Shown: positions 28,640 to 39,770, numbered from the stretch's first letter. The stretch is 64,000 nt of DNA from an uncultured virus (IMG/VR IMGVR_UViG_3300030098_004510) (IMGVR_UViG_3300030098_004510), one strand, 5' to 3'. Program-made: numbers and translations. Notes: generated by a model not told the origin, from the letters alone.

Positions 28640-29977
28640 TTAATTAAAGTTAAAAAATTGAAATCCTTCTTCGTCGGGATTAGCATCAAAATATCTTTCC
28701 CAAAAACCAGGTCCTTCTTCTACTATCTCTTCTTCTACCTCAGGCATAGCATAAGGTAGTTCAACACCAGTATCGCCATAATCAAGGTATAAATTAGAAC
28801 CCCCTAAACCCGAAAAAGGAAATGAACTTCTTTTTCTTTTAACACTAAATCCTTTTGTTGGTGCTCCATATTTTTCATCCGGATATAATCCATCACTACC
28901 ACTATATGGTAATGGTGCACCATAATCTTCGTCTCTATAAGGATTATAACGATCTGGTTTCATTTTTGGAACTATATCTGATCCACCAAATCCTGGTTCG
29001 CCATAAAGTAAATCATTTTCTGGATCAGCTCCTAAACCCATTGCATCATAGTCAATTCCAGATTGCATAGGTTCACCAAATCCTGGTTCTCCGTATAATA
29101 AATCATTTTCTGGATCAGCTCCTAAACCCATTGATTCATAGTCAATTCCAGGTGGTGTAGCGCGAGGATTTCCAATAAAATTACGATTAATTATTTCAGT
29201 CATTCTATCATATCCTGGAACTAAATCACCTTCTCTACGTCCACCAGTGTATCTTGAACCTTCTCCTTGTCCAGTATATTTACCTGGTCTATACCCTTCA
29301 AATTGATTAGCAAAAGCTAATCTATCTGTTGTTTGTTGATTTCTCCAAGCTGTTTCAGCTATATCTCTGTATTCTTGTGCTTTTTGATTGTCAGTTGCCA
29401 TATCAGCAAGATTCATATATTTATCATAAAAAGCTTTATCTTTTCCAGTCATCATAGCTTTTTTATCAGAATTATATTGATCACTATTACCATATTTATC
29501 TTTGTAGGCGTTGTGTAATCTAACACCTCTCCCTATGCCTTCTGATAAACCACCAATACCCTCTAAAGCTCTTTTACCCATTTCCATCATTGGAGTAGTA
29601 AAATTAGAACCCATTGTTTTGGCGTCATTTACAAAATTACCACCTTTTTCTTTTATTACTTCCATGATGCCACCTTCTTCTTCGTCTCCGTAAGCAGCTG
29701 GTGAAGTCATTGCAGCTCGTGCATTGGCCCAAGCGTTAGGATTTGATTTTGCGACTGTTTTAGCTTTACTAGGTGTTCCAATAGTGCTCATGTAATCAGC
29801 ACCACCACCGGCATTTGGACGAGAGCCAAAATTACGCATGTTATTGTATTGATTTGCTCTGTAAGCTGAACCTTGATAATTCGGTCTGTTATAGTATGCG
29901 TCGCCTCCACCTAAACTTGTATTGTAGTCTGGTGTTTGGGTCATTGCTTGTCTGACTTTCGCCCAATTTATTGCCAT
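28640..29977 (-). CDS. Low-complexity protein with internal duplication
   Basis: AGGAG RBS; 445-aa ORF. Confidence 0.65.
   Translation of the reverse strand: MAINWAKVRQAMTQTPDYNTSLGGGDAYYNRPNYQGSAYRANQYNNMRNFGSRPNAGGGADYMSTIGTPSKAKTVAKSNPNAWANARAAMTSPAAYGDEEEGGIMEVIKEKGGNFVNDAKTMGSNFTTPMMEMGKRALEGIGGLSEGIGRGVRLHNAYKDKYGNSDQYNSDKKAMMTGKDKAFYDKYMNLADMATDNQKAQEYRDIAETAWRNQQTTDRLAFANQFEGYRPGKYTGQGEGSRYTGGRREGDLVPGYDRMTEIINRNFIGNPRATPPGIDYESMGLGADPENDLLYGEPGFGEPMQSGIDYDAMGLGADPENDLLYGEPGFGGSDIVPKMKPDRYNPYRDEDYGAPLPYSGSDGLYPDEKYGAPTKGFSVKRKRSSFPFSGLGGSNLYLDYGDTGVELPYAMPEVEEEIVEEGPGFWERYFDANPDEEGFQFFNFN
28984..29151. repeat. Two-copy intragenic repeat, 90-bp period
   Basis: GIDYxxMGLGADPENDLLYGEPGFG twice. 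Confidence 0.9.
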
Positions 29978-30003
29978 GTTAATCTCCTAAAACTAGCCCA
30001 GTT

Positions 30004-30126
30004 TTATATAATTGATTGAAGCACAAGAATGACAACTATGGCAACGATACCGGCTTTAATCCAGTCTTTCATTCCCCAGTCACTCCATTCTTTGAGATGT
30101 GCCCAAAGATCTTTTAATAACTTCAT
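30004..30126 (-). CDS. Small membrane protein, 40 aa (not in ORF track)
   Basis: AGGAGG RBS; MKLLKDLWAHLKEWSDWGMKDWIKAGIVAIVVILVLQSII. Confidence 0.7.
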   Translation of the reverse strand: MKLLKDLWAHLKEWSDWGMKDWIKAGIVAIVVILVLQSII

Positions 30127-30135
30127 ATTTACCTC

Positions 30136-30399
30136 CTAATGTATAGTTGGTTTTTGATAGTCACCTGAATATGAACCATCAATAATTTCGTCCGCTACTA
30201 TAAACGAATCTAGCATAACTTCAAAGACTTTTTGTGCCTCTTCAGGACCTAGCGCATTTATATATAGATTTCTGGTAACAGCAGCCAATCCTGCAGCTAC
30301 TAACAATTGATCATCAGCATTTCCATCAATCTCTTGTAAGGCAAGAACTTCAGCTTTTTGCATTACTTCAGCTATCTTTGTTATTTTGCTTTTTACCAT
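30136..30399 (-). CDS. Hypothetical protein
   Basis: Overlaps portal end. Confidence 0.65.
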   Translation of the reverse strand: MVKSKITKIAEVMQKAEVLALQEIDGNADDQLLVAAGLAAVTRNLYINALGPEEAQKVFEVMLDSFIVADEIIDGSYSGDYQKPTIH

Positions 30400-32977
30400 T
30401 TGCTTTTCCTCTCTCTTTCATTGCTGCAATTCGCTCATTACTTCTGCTTCTTGCATCCTCTCTTAAAGTTATAAGGTCCTCCTTAATTTCGTCTACAGTT
30501 TCTTTCTCCTGATCTTTTATCATTCCGAAAGATTCTTTCATTACTCCTAACTCATTAGTACTCTGCATTTTTTCACGCTCTAAGTCAAGCTTTTCAGCTT
30601 CAACTGCTGTCTTCATTAATGTGTCTGTTTCATCTTGTTGTGTTTTCTGCATAAGTTCTGCAGCTTTAAGGTCAATTTCTTGTTGTTTTAATTTAACTAA
30701 TGGATCTTGATCTTCTAAACCACTTCGTTGTTGTTCTTCAGCAGCCATATCTTTAATTAGTTTTGCTTCTACAACAGAAATTTCTGCTTCTTTTTGAATC
30801 ATAAACATTTCTTGCATTTGTTGAATCTGTTGTGCAACTTGTTCTTGTAATGCAGGATTTTGTTGTGCCTGCGCATTTAACTGTTGAATCTGTTGTTCTA
30901 ACTTTTGTGTTTCCGGTAACATTTCTTTTTCAACTTGTTCCGCCGCAAGAATAGCAATATGTGATAAAATATGTCCTTCCATCATTGCATATAATTGAGG
31001 ATTAATTTGAACAGGTCTTGTAAACATAAATTCAGCATGTGCTTCTACATGTGCTTTATGATTTTGTTTTGGAAAAGCTTTTGGTTCAGTTCCACGCATA
31101 GCTTCTGAATTTTCTATAGCAGGGCTTTTTGGTGGAGGTGTACCTGGATCTGGTTTTAATAATGCATCTATATTATCAACATCTAATGCTTGATAAACTC
31201 TTCTGTATGCTTCACGTAAATTATGTAATGCTGGATTAGCAATTGCCATTTGTAATTGCTGTTGTGCCAACATAACTCTTTGTGACATTGAGAATATATT
31301 AGGATTGGATATAGGAAGTATATCAACACGATCATCAAAATCATTTGCTTTAATTGTTCTATTACCACCTTTAACCATGTAAGGATATTCAGGTGGAAGA
31401 TACAATTGAATACATTTTGCAAGTAAATTAAATTCTACACCTTGAGCGTAGTGTAATCTTTTATGTATCGCACTCATCACTTTAGTTCCACGCTCTAATA
31501 ATGCAAGCGTAGTACCAACAGGGTTTTGCTCATTACCTTCACCCATTTTCATATCTGCTATTGCTGCAAATGATTTACCTGCATCAACACAGAAACCTAA
31601 TAATGCAAATAAAGTTTGTGAGGGTTCTCTATAAGGTAATGGTAATAATGATTCTTTTATTGATTGTCCTGTGACATCAACATCACGAAACTCGCCTGGT
31701 TGTAAAGGTTGGTCATGATCACGTATACGCATTCCTCTAGCTTTAAATCCTGCTGGAAGATTGGCAAGAGTACCTGCATCAATTAACTGTCGCAAAACAC
31801 TTGTTGCAGTTCTTGACAACCCACCAAGCATGTGGATTAAGCCAAATCCATAGAAGCCTAATCCTGGGAGGAATTTGTAATGAGTAAAATAATCTATTCT
31901 TCCTTTAGCTGGATCTTGTTGTCTCCAGTTTCTACGAATAGATAAAACCTCACTACTGTATTGATCAATAGTAATTATATAAGGAAGTTTAATACCTTGT
32001 GGATCTTCAAATCCTGGAACGTCTATATCAACATGCATTTCTAATAAAGTGTGATACTCATCTCCTTCTGGAATTTCTTTTGAAACTCCTTCTAATTCAT
32101 CAACTTTTTCTTTTACTTCATTAGTTGTAGATACACTTCCTGATACAATTGGAATATCTCTATAAAAACCATTTACTTGTTGTTTACGTAAACTGTTAGC
32201 ATCAACTTTTGTAACGTGAGTAATTCTGTTAGCATCTTCTAAAGAAGACGCACCATAATTAATCACACAATCTTCTCCTGACACAAATTTAGATACAGGA
32301 CGCATTAATGTGCCATCATAATATGTTTTCTTAAATGCTGACCCTGAAAGTGGTAAATAAAATAATAATTGGTCCATATCTGGATCATATTCTTTCATGA
32401 CATGCGTAATCATGTAATTCATGTAATCTTTTACTCTTTTAGCTTGTTCTTCAACTTCAGGAGTAATTTCACCAACTATTTCTGTATTAACAGGTCCAGC
32501 TGGCGGTAATAATTCTTTATATGCTTGTGCTTGAAATTGTGTAACTGATTCTGCTAGTAAAGGATGAATAACACCACTTGCACCTTCAAAAGGTTGAGTT
32601 CTATCTTCATACTTAAATCCAAGCATGTCTAAACCTTTAATATAAGTATCTTCCCAATCTTTTCTTGATTCTTTGTCTGATTCGTATGAAGCAACACATG
32701 AATCAGATAATGTTCTTAAATCTTCTTCAGAAATGTAATCAGCTAAGTTTGCATCAAAAGGAATGTTAGTTTGGTCTAATTGTGGTTGTAAAGGGCTTCC
32801 ATCCGTGCTTACTTCTACACTCCCATCTTCTAATTCATTTATTGATGGGTCTGGTTCAAAATCTACTGTTTTTTCAATTTCAACACCATTACCATCTGCA
32901 ATTTCTAAACCATCTGTTAGTGCTTCAATTGCTTTTTCTATTGAACCAGCAGAAGGCATTCTTGATTTAATAGCCAT
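30368..32977 (-). CDS. Portal protein (P22-like)
   Basis: HPLLAESVTQFQAQAYKELLP..FLPGLGFYGFGLIH..LRQLIDAGTLANLPAGFK. Confidence 0.9.
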   Translation of the reverse strand: MAIKSRMPSAGSIEKAIEALTDGLEIADGNGVEIEKTVDFEPDPSINELEDGSVEVSTDGSPLQPQLDQTNIPFDANLADYISEEDLRTLSDSCVASYESDKESRKDWEDTYIKGLDMLGFKYEDRTQPFEGASGVIHPLLAESVTQFQAQAYKELLPPAGPVNTEIVGEITPEVEEQAKRVKDYMNYMITHVMKEYDPDMDQLLFYLPLSGSAFKKTYYDGTLMRPVSKFVSGEDCVINYGASSLEDANRITHVTKVDANSLRKQQVNGFYRDIPIVSGSVSTTNEVKEKVDELEGVSKEIPEGDEYHTLLEMHVDIDVPGFEDPQGIKLPYIITIDQYSSEVLSIRRNWRQQDPAKGRIDYFTHYKFLPGLGFYGFGLIHMLGGLSRTATSVLRQLIDAGTLANLPAGFKARGMRIRDHDQPLQPGEFRDVDVTGQSIKESLLPLPYREPSQTLFALLGFCVDAGKSFAAIADMKMGEGNEQNPVGTTLALLERGTKVMSAIHKRLHYAQGVEFNLLAKCIQLYLPPEYPYMVKGGNRTIKANDFDDRVDILPISNPNIFSMSQRVMLAQQQLQMAIANPALHNLREAYRRVYQALDVDNIDALLKPDPGTPPPKSPAIENSEAMRGTEPKAFPKQNHKAHVEAHAEFMFTRPVQINPQLYAMMEGHILSHIAILAAEQVEKEMLPETQKLEQQIQQLNAQAQQNPALQEQVAQQIQQMQEMFMIQKEAEISVVEAKLIKDMAAEEQQRSGLEDQDPLVKLKQQEIDLKAAELMQKTQQDETDTLMKTAVEAEKLDLEREKMQSTNELGVMKESFGMIKDQEKETVDEIKEDLITLREDARSRSNERIAAMKERGKANGKKQNNKDS

Positions 32978-35900
32978 TTGATCCTCTTACCATATTTTGT
33001 TTAACAAATCCACCTTTACTATAAACTGGGATAGTTGATTGACCAGGAATACGTTGTCCTGTGTTTATATCACGCATTTCAATTAATGGAATCTTTTCCC
33101 ACGTAAATCCGTTCCCGTCAACTATTGTTGTGTCTTTAAATTTAAATCCACTCTTTTTAGCAATTCTTTTCATCGCTTTTACTCCTATCTCATCATAAAA
33201 CTTATCTCCACCTTTAGGTATTCCACCATGTGCTTTTTTCATCTTTCCAGTGGATAATCCTATTCCATCATAACCTTTATCTGCTGCCATCTTCATTAAT
33301 CCTTGTAAAAACACTTTTGCGTAGTTTTCAGACTTTTTAAACGGCGCATCTGGGTGAACTTGACCGGTTGTACCTGTAGCTGTCTTTTGTTCTTCCACTT
33401 TTTTCTTTAAAGTTTTAACATCGGTTACTAATTTCTTCATAGCACGCTCAATATTCCTTAATTCCGCTACATTTTCCGGTAATTCACGTTCTACACGTGG
33501 TAATTGCATAATATTTTCTTTTCTAAGCCTTGTTGACTCCAAAGTTTGCATTTTTTTGTCTAATTGTGCCGCAAAATCACTCATTTCAGCTAAAACATTG
33601 CTTTTATCGAGCCTTGGTGCGTATTTATACCCCTTTTGAGCAACATTTTGGTGTAAATCTGACTGGATTTCTTCCATAAGTAGTATTTTTCTGCCATTTT
33701 CATCAATTCTTTCACTAAATCTACCCCATCCAAAAGGTGCATTACCACTATCAGTTAAAGGTCCTCTTCCAAATTTTTCACCACTAAAGTGACCGGAGTC
33801 ATATACCTTCTCTCCAGATCTTACAGAACCATGATCAAAGTTAAAATAGAACTTTAATTCGCCGTATCCAGACCCACCTGGCACAAATTGTGCACCATCA
33901 TGTGCTGGTGATTTTTTACTTTTGTAAAAAAATCCTCTACCTTCACTCATATCACCTAAACGGTATAATAATTTCTTTGTCCAAAAAGGAATTGGAACAT
34001 CAGCTGTCATTACATTTCTATCAAAAATATTTAATGCTTGGTATAACTGATTAAAAGCTTCTTCTTCTGGTATGTTTTTAGCTGTCGCTAATTTTACTAT
34101 ATCTTCTTGAGGTACTAAATTTTTTAAAACATTAATATGGTCTTTTTTTATAATATCATTAGCACCGTGGTACATTGCAGGAAAACTGTTTTCCCACATT
34201 GGTCTAAATTTATCACCAGTGTTAAGATCAACATTTTGACCTCCATATCTAACAGCTAATAAATTTACATCATCCATACTTTGTCCTCGCATTACATTTA
34301 AAAGATGTTCACGAACTTTCATTCCTGTTGCATCTTGGGGAGGTTGATGTAATGCTGTTAATAAGCGTGGATCATTAGACGTTACATTTAAAGCCTCATC
34401 TGAACCGCCATAGCCTCTTTTTTCACGTACCTTTGTTAACATATCAACTAGATCTTTTGCGCCACGTTCCACGGGTGCTGCCATCGCAATATCCATATCA
34501 ATCTTCGGCATCTCTTTGTTATAAGTTTCAAGGAGCTCGGTCTTCGATAACTTTCTTTTTGGATCTGCTTTTGCAATATTATTTAGTAATGCTTCTAAAC
34601 CAAACTCATCAAGTTCTGTTGCTGACACACCAGGCTTATTTTTAATTGTTCCAAGCCATTGTTGTGCACCCATTTTTACATCAGGCATTTTTTCTATTTC
34701 ATCAACTGTGGAAAGAAACATTGCTGGTTTATCTTCAGCCGCTTGCGCAACAGCAACGTCTGTTGCTTTTTCTGCCTTGCCTGCTGATTTAATCATATCA
34801 CCAACGCGGGCCACGGCCTTCGGTACTTTAGACATCGTTCCAAATAAAGCAGCAAATCCACCTACATTAAACTTTTGTCTTTCAATACTTTCTTTAGGAT
34901 CTAATAATGGTAAGTCTTCCATAGTAGTGCTTGTATCATCTAAATCTGTATCAATCAAGCCACCATCTTTAACTAAAACTCCTAAATAAGGATGTTTATA
35001 TTTAGACGCTGCGTAAGGATACTTATACAGGCCTTGTGATTTTATTAGCTCTGCAGCTTTTGCATCTGGTTGTGCTTCTAAAAGATATTCAAATAACTCT
35101 TCGTATTCTTCATCTTTAAAACGAGGAATTTTAAATTTATCACCCTTCACACCATACCCAAAAGCTTTAGGGCTTTGACCTTCTAATGTAAGAATACTAA
35201 GGGCTTTTACTTTTTTTAATAAATTTTCTAATCTATCTAATTCATTTCTTAATGCTTGATTAGGTTTAGCACGTAACGCTGTTGCAATATTTTTTATTGC
35301 AGCTTCTAATGATCTTTGAATGTTTTGGTTTACCGCAGAAGGAGAAAGATACATTGCTTCTCCAGATCCACCAATATCTAAAAAAGGGCTTTTTCTATTT
35401 ACTTTACCTGTTTCTGAAAAAGGAAAGATGTGTGCAAAGTCAAGTAATTTTTCTCTTAATTTATTTGTGGGTGTATTAGGAAAATATTTTGCAGCTATTG
35501 CATATAATTTTTTACCAAGTTTAGATTTATTATCTGTAATTCTTTTTTTCTCTTCTATTAAATCATCTACACCACTAGAATATTTTTTTACAGCAGATGA
35601 TAAATTATCCATTATTTCTGGATCTTCTGCATTTAATTTAGTAAGAAAGTTTTCTGGATTTTTATAGTATAAACCACGTGCTTGATTAGTTAGCACTGTC
35701 ATTTCAGCTTCATTTTTTGGATTAAATTTTTCTCTTAAAAGAGGATCTGTAGTTCTTTTAAGACCAGATTTTTTTACCCTTATTGCCGGTATACCTGCAG
35801 CTATTTTTTCACCTTCTGTCATCATTAATTTGTGATCAAAATTTTCAAATCTACCTTTTAGTTTTGGTAATGGTACATCGTCAGGATTATTTTTAACTTT

Positions 35901-36368
35901 AAGTATTGTTGTAAGGTTTTTTCTACCTGTGCCTGTTGATCGAGCAAAAGGGCTTTGAACCTTAGCTTCACTTACTTCATCTGCTCCAAATTTGTTAATT
36001 CTACTAAGAGTGACAGGCATGTGATCAACTTCTTGGGATGTCTTACCTACTTTAAGTTTTTTTGGATCATCTATTGGTTGTCTTATAACATCCATAGAAA
36101 ATCTTCCAAAATTAGGATCTTCATTTACTCTTGCAAAATGCTCATCAAGATATTTATCATTTTGCTTGTGTGTAAGTTTTCCTGGTTTTTCTCCTCTACC
36201 AAGAAAAACTTTATATTCTAATTCTTTTTCATTTGTTATGTATGGAAAAAGAGGTGAATTATCTTTAGGAGATGTTTGAACTCTTTTGACTAAACCTTCA
36301 AGGCTTGTATCTAAAGAACCAATTCCTTTACTAATTCCTTTAACAACGTTTAGTACGTTTCGAACCAT
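32967..36368 (-). CDS. Large multidomain (polyvalent-type) protein, 1133 aa
   Basis: C-terminal LLMEEIQSD..GYDGIG..FYD domain; modules bounded by xxGG motifs. Confidence 0.6.
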   Translation of the reverse strand: MVRNVLNVVKGISKGIGSLDTSLEGLVKRVQTSPKDNSPLFPYITNEKELEYKVFLGRGEKPGKLTHKQNDKYLDEHFARVNEDPNFGRFSMDVIRQPIDDPKKLKVGKTSQEVDHMPVTLSRINKFGADEVSEAKVQSPFARSTGTGRKNLTTILKVKNNPDDVPLPKLKGRFENFDHKLMMTEGEKIAAGIPAIRVKKSGLKRTTDPLLREKFNPKNEAEMTVLTNQARGLYYKNPENFLTKLNAEDPEIMDNLSSAVKKYSSGVDDLIEEKKRITDNKSKLGKKLYAIAAKYFPNTPTNKLREKLLDFAHIFPFSETGKVNRKSPFLDIGGSGEAMYLSPSAVNQNIQRSLEAAIKNIATALRAKPNQALRNELDRLENLLKKVKALSILTLEGQSPKAFGYGVKGDKFKIPRFKDEEYEELFEYLLEAQPDAKAAELIKSQGLYKYPYAASKYKHPYLGVLVKDGGLIDTDLDDTSTTMEDLPLLDPKESIERQKFNVGGFAALFGTMSKVPKAVARVGDMIKSAGKAEKATDVAVAQAAEDKPAMFLSTVDEIEKMPDVKMGAQQWLGTIKNKPGVSATELDEFGLEALLNNIAKADPKRKLSKTELLETYNKEMPKIDMDIAMAAPVERGAKDLVDMLTKVREKRGYGGSDEALNVTSNDPRLLTALHQPPQDATGMKVREHLLNVMRGQSMDDVNLLAVRYGGQNVDLNTGDKFRPMWENSFPAMYHGANDIIKKDHINVLKNLVPQEDIVKLATAKNIPEEEAFNQLYQALNIFDRNVMTADVPIPFWTKKLLYRLGDMSEGRGFFYKSKKSPAHDGAQFVPGGSGYGELKFYFNFDHGSVRSGEKVYDSGHFSGEKFGRGPLTDSGNAPFGWGRFSERIDENGRKILLMEEIQSDLHQNVAQKGYKYAPRLDKSNVLAEMSDFAAQLDKKMQTLESTRLRKENIMQLPRVERELPENVAELRNIERAMKKLVTDVKTLKKKVEEQKTATGTTGQVHPDAPFKKSENYAKVFLQGLMKMAADKGYDGIGLSTGKMKKAHGGIPKGGDKFYDEIGVKAMKRIAKKSGFKFKDTTIVDGNGFTWEKIPLIEMRDINTGQRIPGQSTIPVYSKGGFVKQNMVRGSNGY

Positions 36369-37531
36369 TACTCACCAAGGACGTCAAAGTAACCAGCTGC
36401 AGGAAGACCTGCAATACCAGTGTACGCAGCAGCTTGTTTTTTACTTGTAGGTAAAACTGTTTTTATTCCTTTCCAAGGTAAACCAAGGCCAGTTGCTTTT
36501 GCTTTATTCCACATGCCTGGAGTTTTTATTGCACTACTAACCGCGGTCCTCGCACCTTGGGGCGTAAAGAATGAAGCCAGTGAACCTAAACCAAATCCTG
36601 CAGCTTGTGCTCCTGGGTCCCCGTATAATTCAATTCCGTATTCATGTTCCGGCTTACTTCCAAAACCTTGTTGCCCAATCCACGCTGTGATTGGATTCCA
36701 GGATTCTTTTAGATTAGTTGCTGAGTGACGCATCATTGATGCTTGGCCGTCATTATCTATTTTAAAGACTCCGTAATTAGGTAACTGTAAATCACCATGC
36801 CTGGTCCACGCAACATTTGGCCCTCCTTCCAATTCTTTAAAATTTTTAATATAATAAAAATCTTCATCTTCATACCAATCGTTTGTAGTTAAATATTTAT
36901 CTTCTAAAAACTTAAGTTCGCCTTTAACAGCGTTTGTTACTTCTGCATTACCTTTGTATTTAGCAACTAATGATCCAGGATCATCAGCTTCATTTACGCT
37001 GGTAATATTTAATCCTAATTTATTATTTAAATGAGTAATAACCCTATCATCATTTAACATATAATCTTTTTTAAATCCCTCAAAGTAATTTTGCATTTCA
37101 GGATGATTTAATTGATTTTTAGCTATCTTTTTAAAATTATCACTTTCTAAAGTTGTAGTTCCTAGGTTTTTAAAATAGTCATAAGGACCACTATATTCAC
37201 CAAATGGATTTAAAATAGTTTCTGCTGCCGGCAAAGCTTGAAGAAATATATCAGATAAAGTTTTACCTGTATTATAAGCTGTAAAACCAGTATCAGCTAG
37301 CATCCCATATTGATTTCCAACTTGGTCTGAATCAGGAATAAATTGTTCTTCTAAATTGTTAGGATCTGCACTATCTACAACGTAGTCTTCATTGGATTGT
37401 GAAAAGTCTTTAATAAGACTTGGATCACGCATATTTCGTGTAGACTCGTAAGCTAAATCTAGCTCAGTGAAAGTTTCACCAGGCTTAAATTTTTCCTCGT
37501 ATCGTTTTCTTTGGTCTTCAATAGTTGCCAT
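36368..37531 (-). CDS. Hypothetical protein between TerL and portal
   Basis: 387-aa ORF with coupled start/stop. Confidence 0.65.
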   Translation of the reverse strand: MATIEDQRKRYEEKFKPGETFTELDLAYESTRNMRDPSLIKDFSQSNEDYVVDSADPNNLEEQFIPDSDQVGNQYGMLADTGFTAYNTGKTLSDIFLQALPAAETILNPFGEYSGPYDYFKNLGTTTLESDNFKKIAKNQLNHPEMQNYFEGFKKDYMLNDDRVITHLNNKLGLNITSVNEADDPGSLVAKYKGNAEVTNAVKGELKFLEDKYLTTNDWYEDEDFYYIKNFKELEGGPNVAWTRHGDLQLPNYGVFKIDNDGQASMMRHSATNLKESWNPITAWIGQQGFGSKPEHEYGIELYGDPGAQAAGFGLGSLASFFTPQGARTAVSSAIKTPGMWNKAKATGLGLPWKGIKTVLPTSKKQAAAYTGIAGLPAAGYFDVLGE

Positions 37532-38994
37532 TAGTAGTATGTCCTCCTATGAACATTTTCTGTTTCCTCATCCATGAAATCGTCTTTCAACTCAACGTAG
37601 TAACCTTGACGATAGCGCATCAATGCTTGTGTCATGCTATCAACATAATCGTCATGGTCCCCAAAAGGGAATGCTGCACACTCCTCGATAACTTCTTCTG
37701 CCCAACGCCTGCCTACTGGCGCATAAACTGCGCCTGATTCAAATATAGGTGCGACACTGTTTACCCTTGAATGTTTATCATTTCCCTTTGACGGTGTAAA
37801 GTTAATTACAGGGACACCCGCTTTTTGAAGCTCATGTGTAAGTGGTAATCCACTTGCCTTTGCTTCTACGAGAACCAATTCAGGTTCCCAATACTTATAT
37901 TCCTCTTTTGCTTTATCTTTTAGTTCTGGAAAGTTCCACCTCCCACGTTTTGCATCCAATAAAATAACACACGGCTTATTACCATCTTCTGGCGTAAATA
38001 CACCCCATGTTGTAATGGCTGAAAAGTCAGATGTTGTTTTTGCGGTAAAAGCTGTATCGTAGGATTGAATCACGTATTGTAATTCAGGGATATCTTCTTT
38101 CTCCCAGTCTTGCCACCACTCACGTTTTATAAGTGCACCTTCCTCGGCTACAGGATTCTGCATCCACTGTGCATTCCATTTACTAACAGGTATGGACGCT
38201 TTAACTGATTGTAAACCTTCCATGGACCAAAAATTACCCCACATCGGTTTGTCATTTATGATTGCAGGAAACTCAACTACTTCCCATTGGTCAGCCATGT
38301 CGTCTTTAGCCTGGGCCTCGAGCAGCTTACCAGTAAGATCTTTTATTGACCAACGCGTCATGACCAAAACAATCGCGCCGCCAGGTTGTAAACGCTGACG
38401 TGGACCGGAAGTATACCACTCGTAGTGTGACTCTAGGACCGTGGGCGAAAGAGCATCTTGCTCAGAGTGTGGATCATCAATGATAAGTAAATCAGCACCA
38501 CGACCAGTAATAGCACCACCCACACCAGCAGCAAAATACTCACCTTTATGGTTAGACTCCCAACGGCCAGCAGCTTTTGAATCGGCTGCCAAAGTAACAT
38601 CTGGAAAAACAGAATTGTACTCCTCTGATTCTATGAGGTTTTTTGCTTTACGACCAAATCGAATAGCAAGTTCCCCTGTGTGAGTCGTCTGTATCAGTTT
38701 TGCTTTTGGATGTCTACCCATGAAGAACGCCGGAAATAAATGCGACGCAAATTCTGATTTTGTATGTCTTGGTGGCATATTGACAATAAGTCTTTTAAGC
38801 TCACCGTTTGCAATACGATTTAGTTTTTCTGCATAAATTTTGTGGTGTTTACCTTCAACGAATTCTGGCCAAACCGTCTTAACAAAAGACAAGAAGTCGC
38901 CTTGCGTTTTTTCACGCTTTTCCTCCAGCTTATGTTTAAGAATCAACTTCAGTGTATTCGTATCTAGTGATTCTAATTTAGAAACGTTTTCCAT
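37531..38994 (-). CDS. terL: Terminase large subunit
   Basis: RLIVNMPPRHTKSE Walker A, LLIIDDP Walker B, SYDTA and HDDYVDS nuclease motifs. Confidence 0.95.
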   Translation of the reverse strand: MENVSKLESLDTNTLKLILKHKLEEKREKTQGDFLSFVKTVWPEFVEGKHHKIYAEKLNRIANGELKRLIVNMPPRHTKSEFASHLFPAFFMGRHPKAKLIQTTHTGELAIRFGRKAKNLIESEEYNSVFPDVTLAADSKAAGRWESNHKGEYFAAGVGGAITGRGADLLIIDDPHSEQDALSPTVLESHYEWYTSGPRQRLQPGGAIVLVMTRWSIKDLTGKLLEAQAKDDMADQWEVVEFPAIINDKPMWGNFWSMEGLQSVKASIPVSKWNAQWMQNPVAEEGALIKREWWQDWEKEDIPELQYVIQSYDTAFTAKTTSDFSAITTWGVFTPEDGNKPCVILLDAKRGRWNFPELKDKAKEEYKYWEPELVLVEAKASGLPLTHELQKAGVPVINFTPSKGNDKHSRVNSVAPIFESGAVYAPVGRRWAEEVIEECAAFPFGDHDDYVDSMTQALMRYRQGYYVELKDDFMDEETENVHRRTYY

Positions 38995-39351
38995 TTTTTA
39001 AAAATTTTTTGACTAGGGTACCTTATAACGTTTTTCTACCATATTGTCACTCTCGAACTTGCCCAAGCAAAAAATAAAAGCATGCTTTCTCTAAAAGGGG
39101 GGGAGGGGGCTTCGGAGTTAGCCTTTGGCTCAGGTGTAGCGGGCGCGAGCGGTTAGCGAGCGAGAAAAGGCCCGGGCGGCAATTTGTCGCGCGGCAATTT
39201 GTCGCACCCCAAGATGTAGTAGCACACAAACCCAACGACATACTATATCCCGGCCAACTTATCCACAGCTTATCCACAATTAATTTAATTAGCTATATAC
39301 ATTATAATAAGACTATGATACTCGTTAGATAGAATTAGAAAGGACTACTAA

Positions 39352-39621
39352 ATGACTAAATCTGATTTTAAAACAAGAGTGGGAATGGGTTTCTTCTCTT
39401 GCAAATGGATAAATAATAAAGGCGAAGTATCTGTTATTAAAAGAGCAATACTTGGTCAATATGCTTGGCGACATACTAACCTTGCAACGAGAAATAGTAT
39501 TAGAGAGCATAATAATTATGTATTAGCTTATCGTGTAGGTAATGGCTTAGATGCTAACCATAGACGTTGGGCTAATATTAATACTAATAATATCCTAGAA
39601 ATAAATGGTAATAGAGTATGA
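39352..39621 (+). CDS. Small early protein
   Basis: AAAGGACTACT leader; AT-rich island. Confidence 0.7.
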   Translation: MTKSDFKTRVGMGFFSCKWINNKGEVSVIKRAILGQYAWRHTNLATRNSIREHNNYVLAYRVGNGLDANHRRWANINTNNILEINGNRV

Positions 39622-39761
39622 TTAGATTACTTGAAAGAGTTAAACTTGTATCATTATTAATTCTAGAATTCTCAATATATGTGGCGATGTTATTCGCCAT
39701 ATATTTCTTTACTATAACACTTTGTGCCATGATGGATAAGTGTTCAACCTATTATTTTTAA
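39618..39761 (+). CDS. Small membrane protein, 47 aa (not in ORF track)
   Basis: ATGA overlap; MIRLLERVKLVSLLILEFSIYVAMLFAIYFFTITLC... Confidence 0.55.
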   Translation: MIRLLERVKLVSLLILEFSIYVAMLFAIYFFTITLCAMMDKCSTYYF

Positions 39762-39770
39762 AGGACTACT

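Noticed and set aside
96..38683. Numerous short plus-strand ORFs in the virion module
   Set aside because: Antisense shadows of tightly packed minus-strand genes
39047..39277. 76-aa minus-strand ORF
   Set aside because: Translation of DnaA boxes and tandem repeats; no RBS
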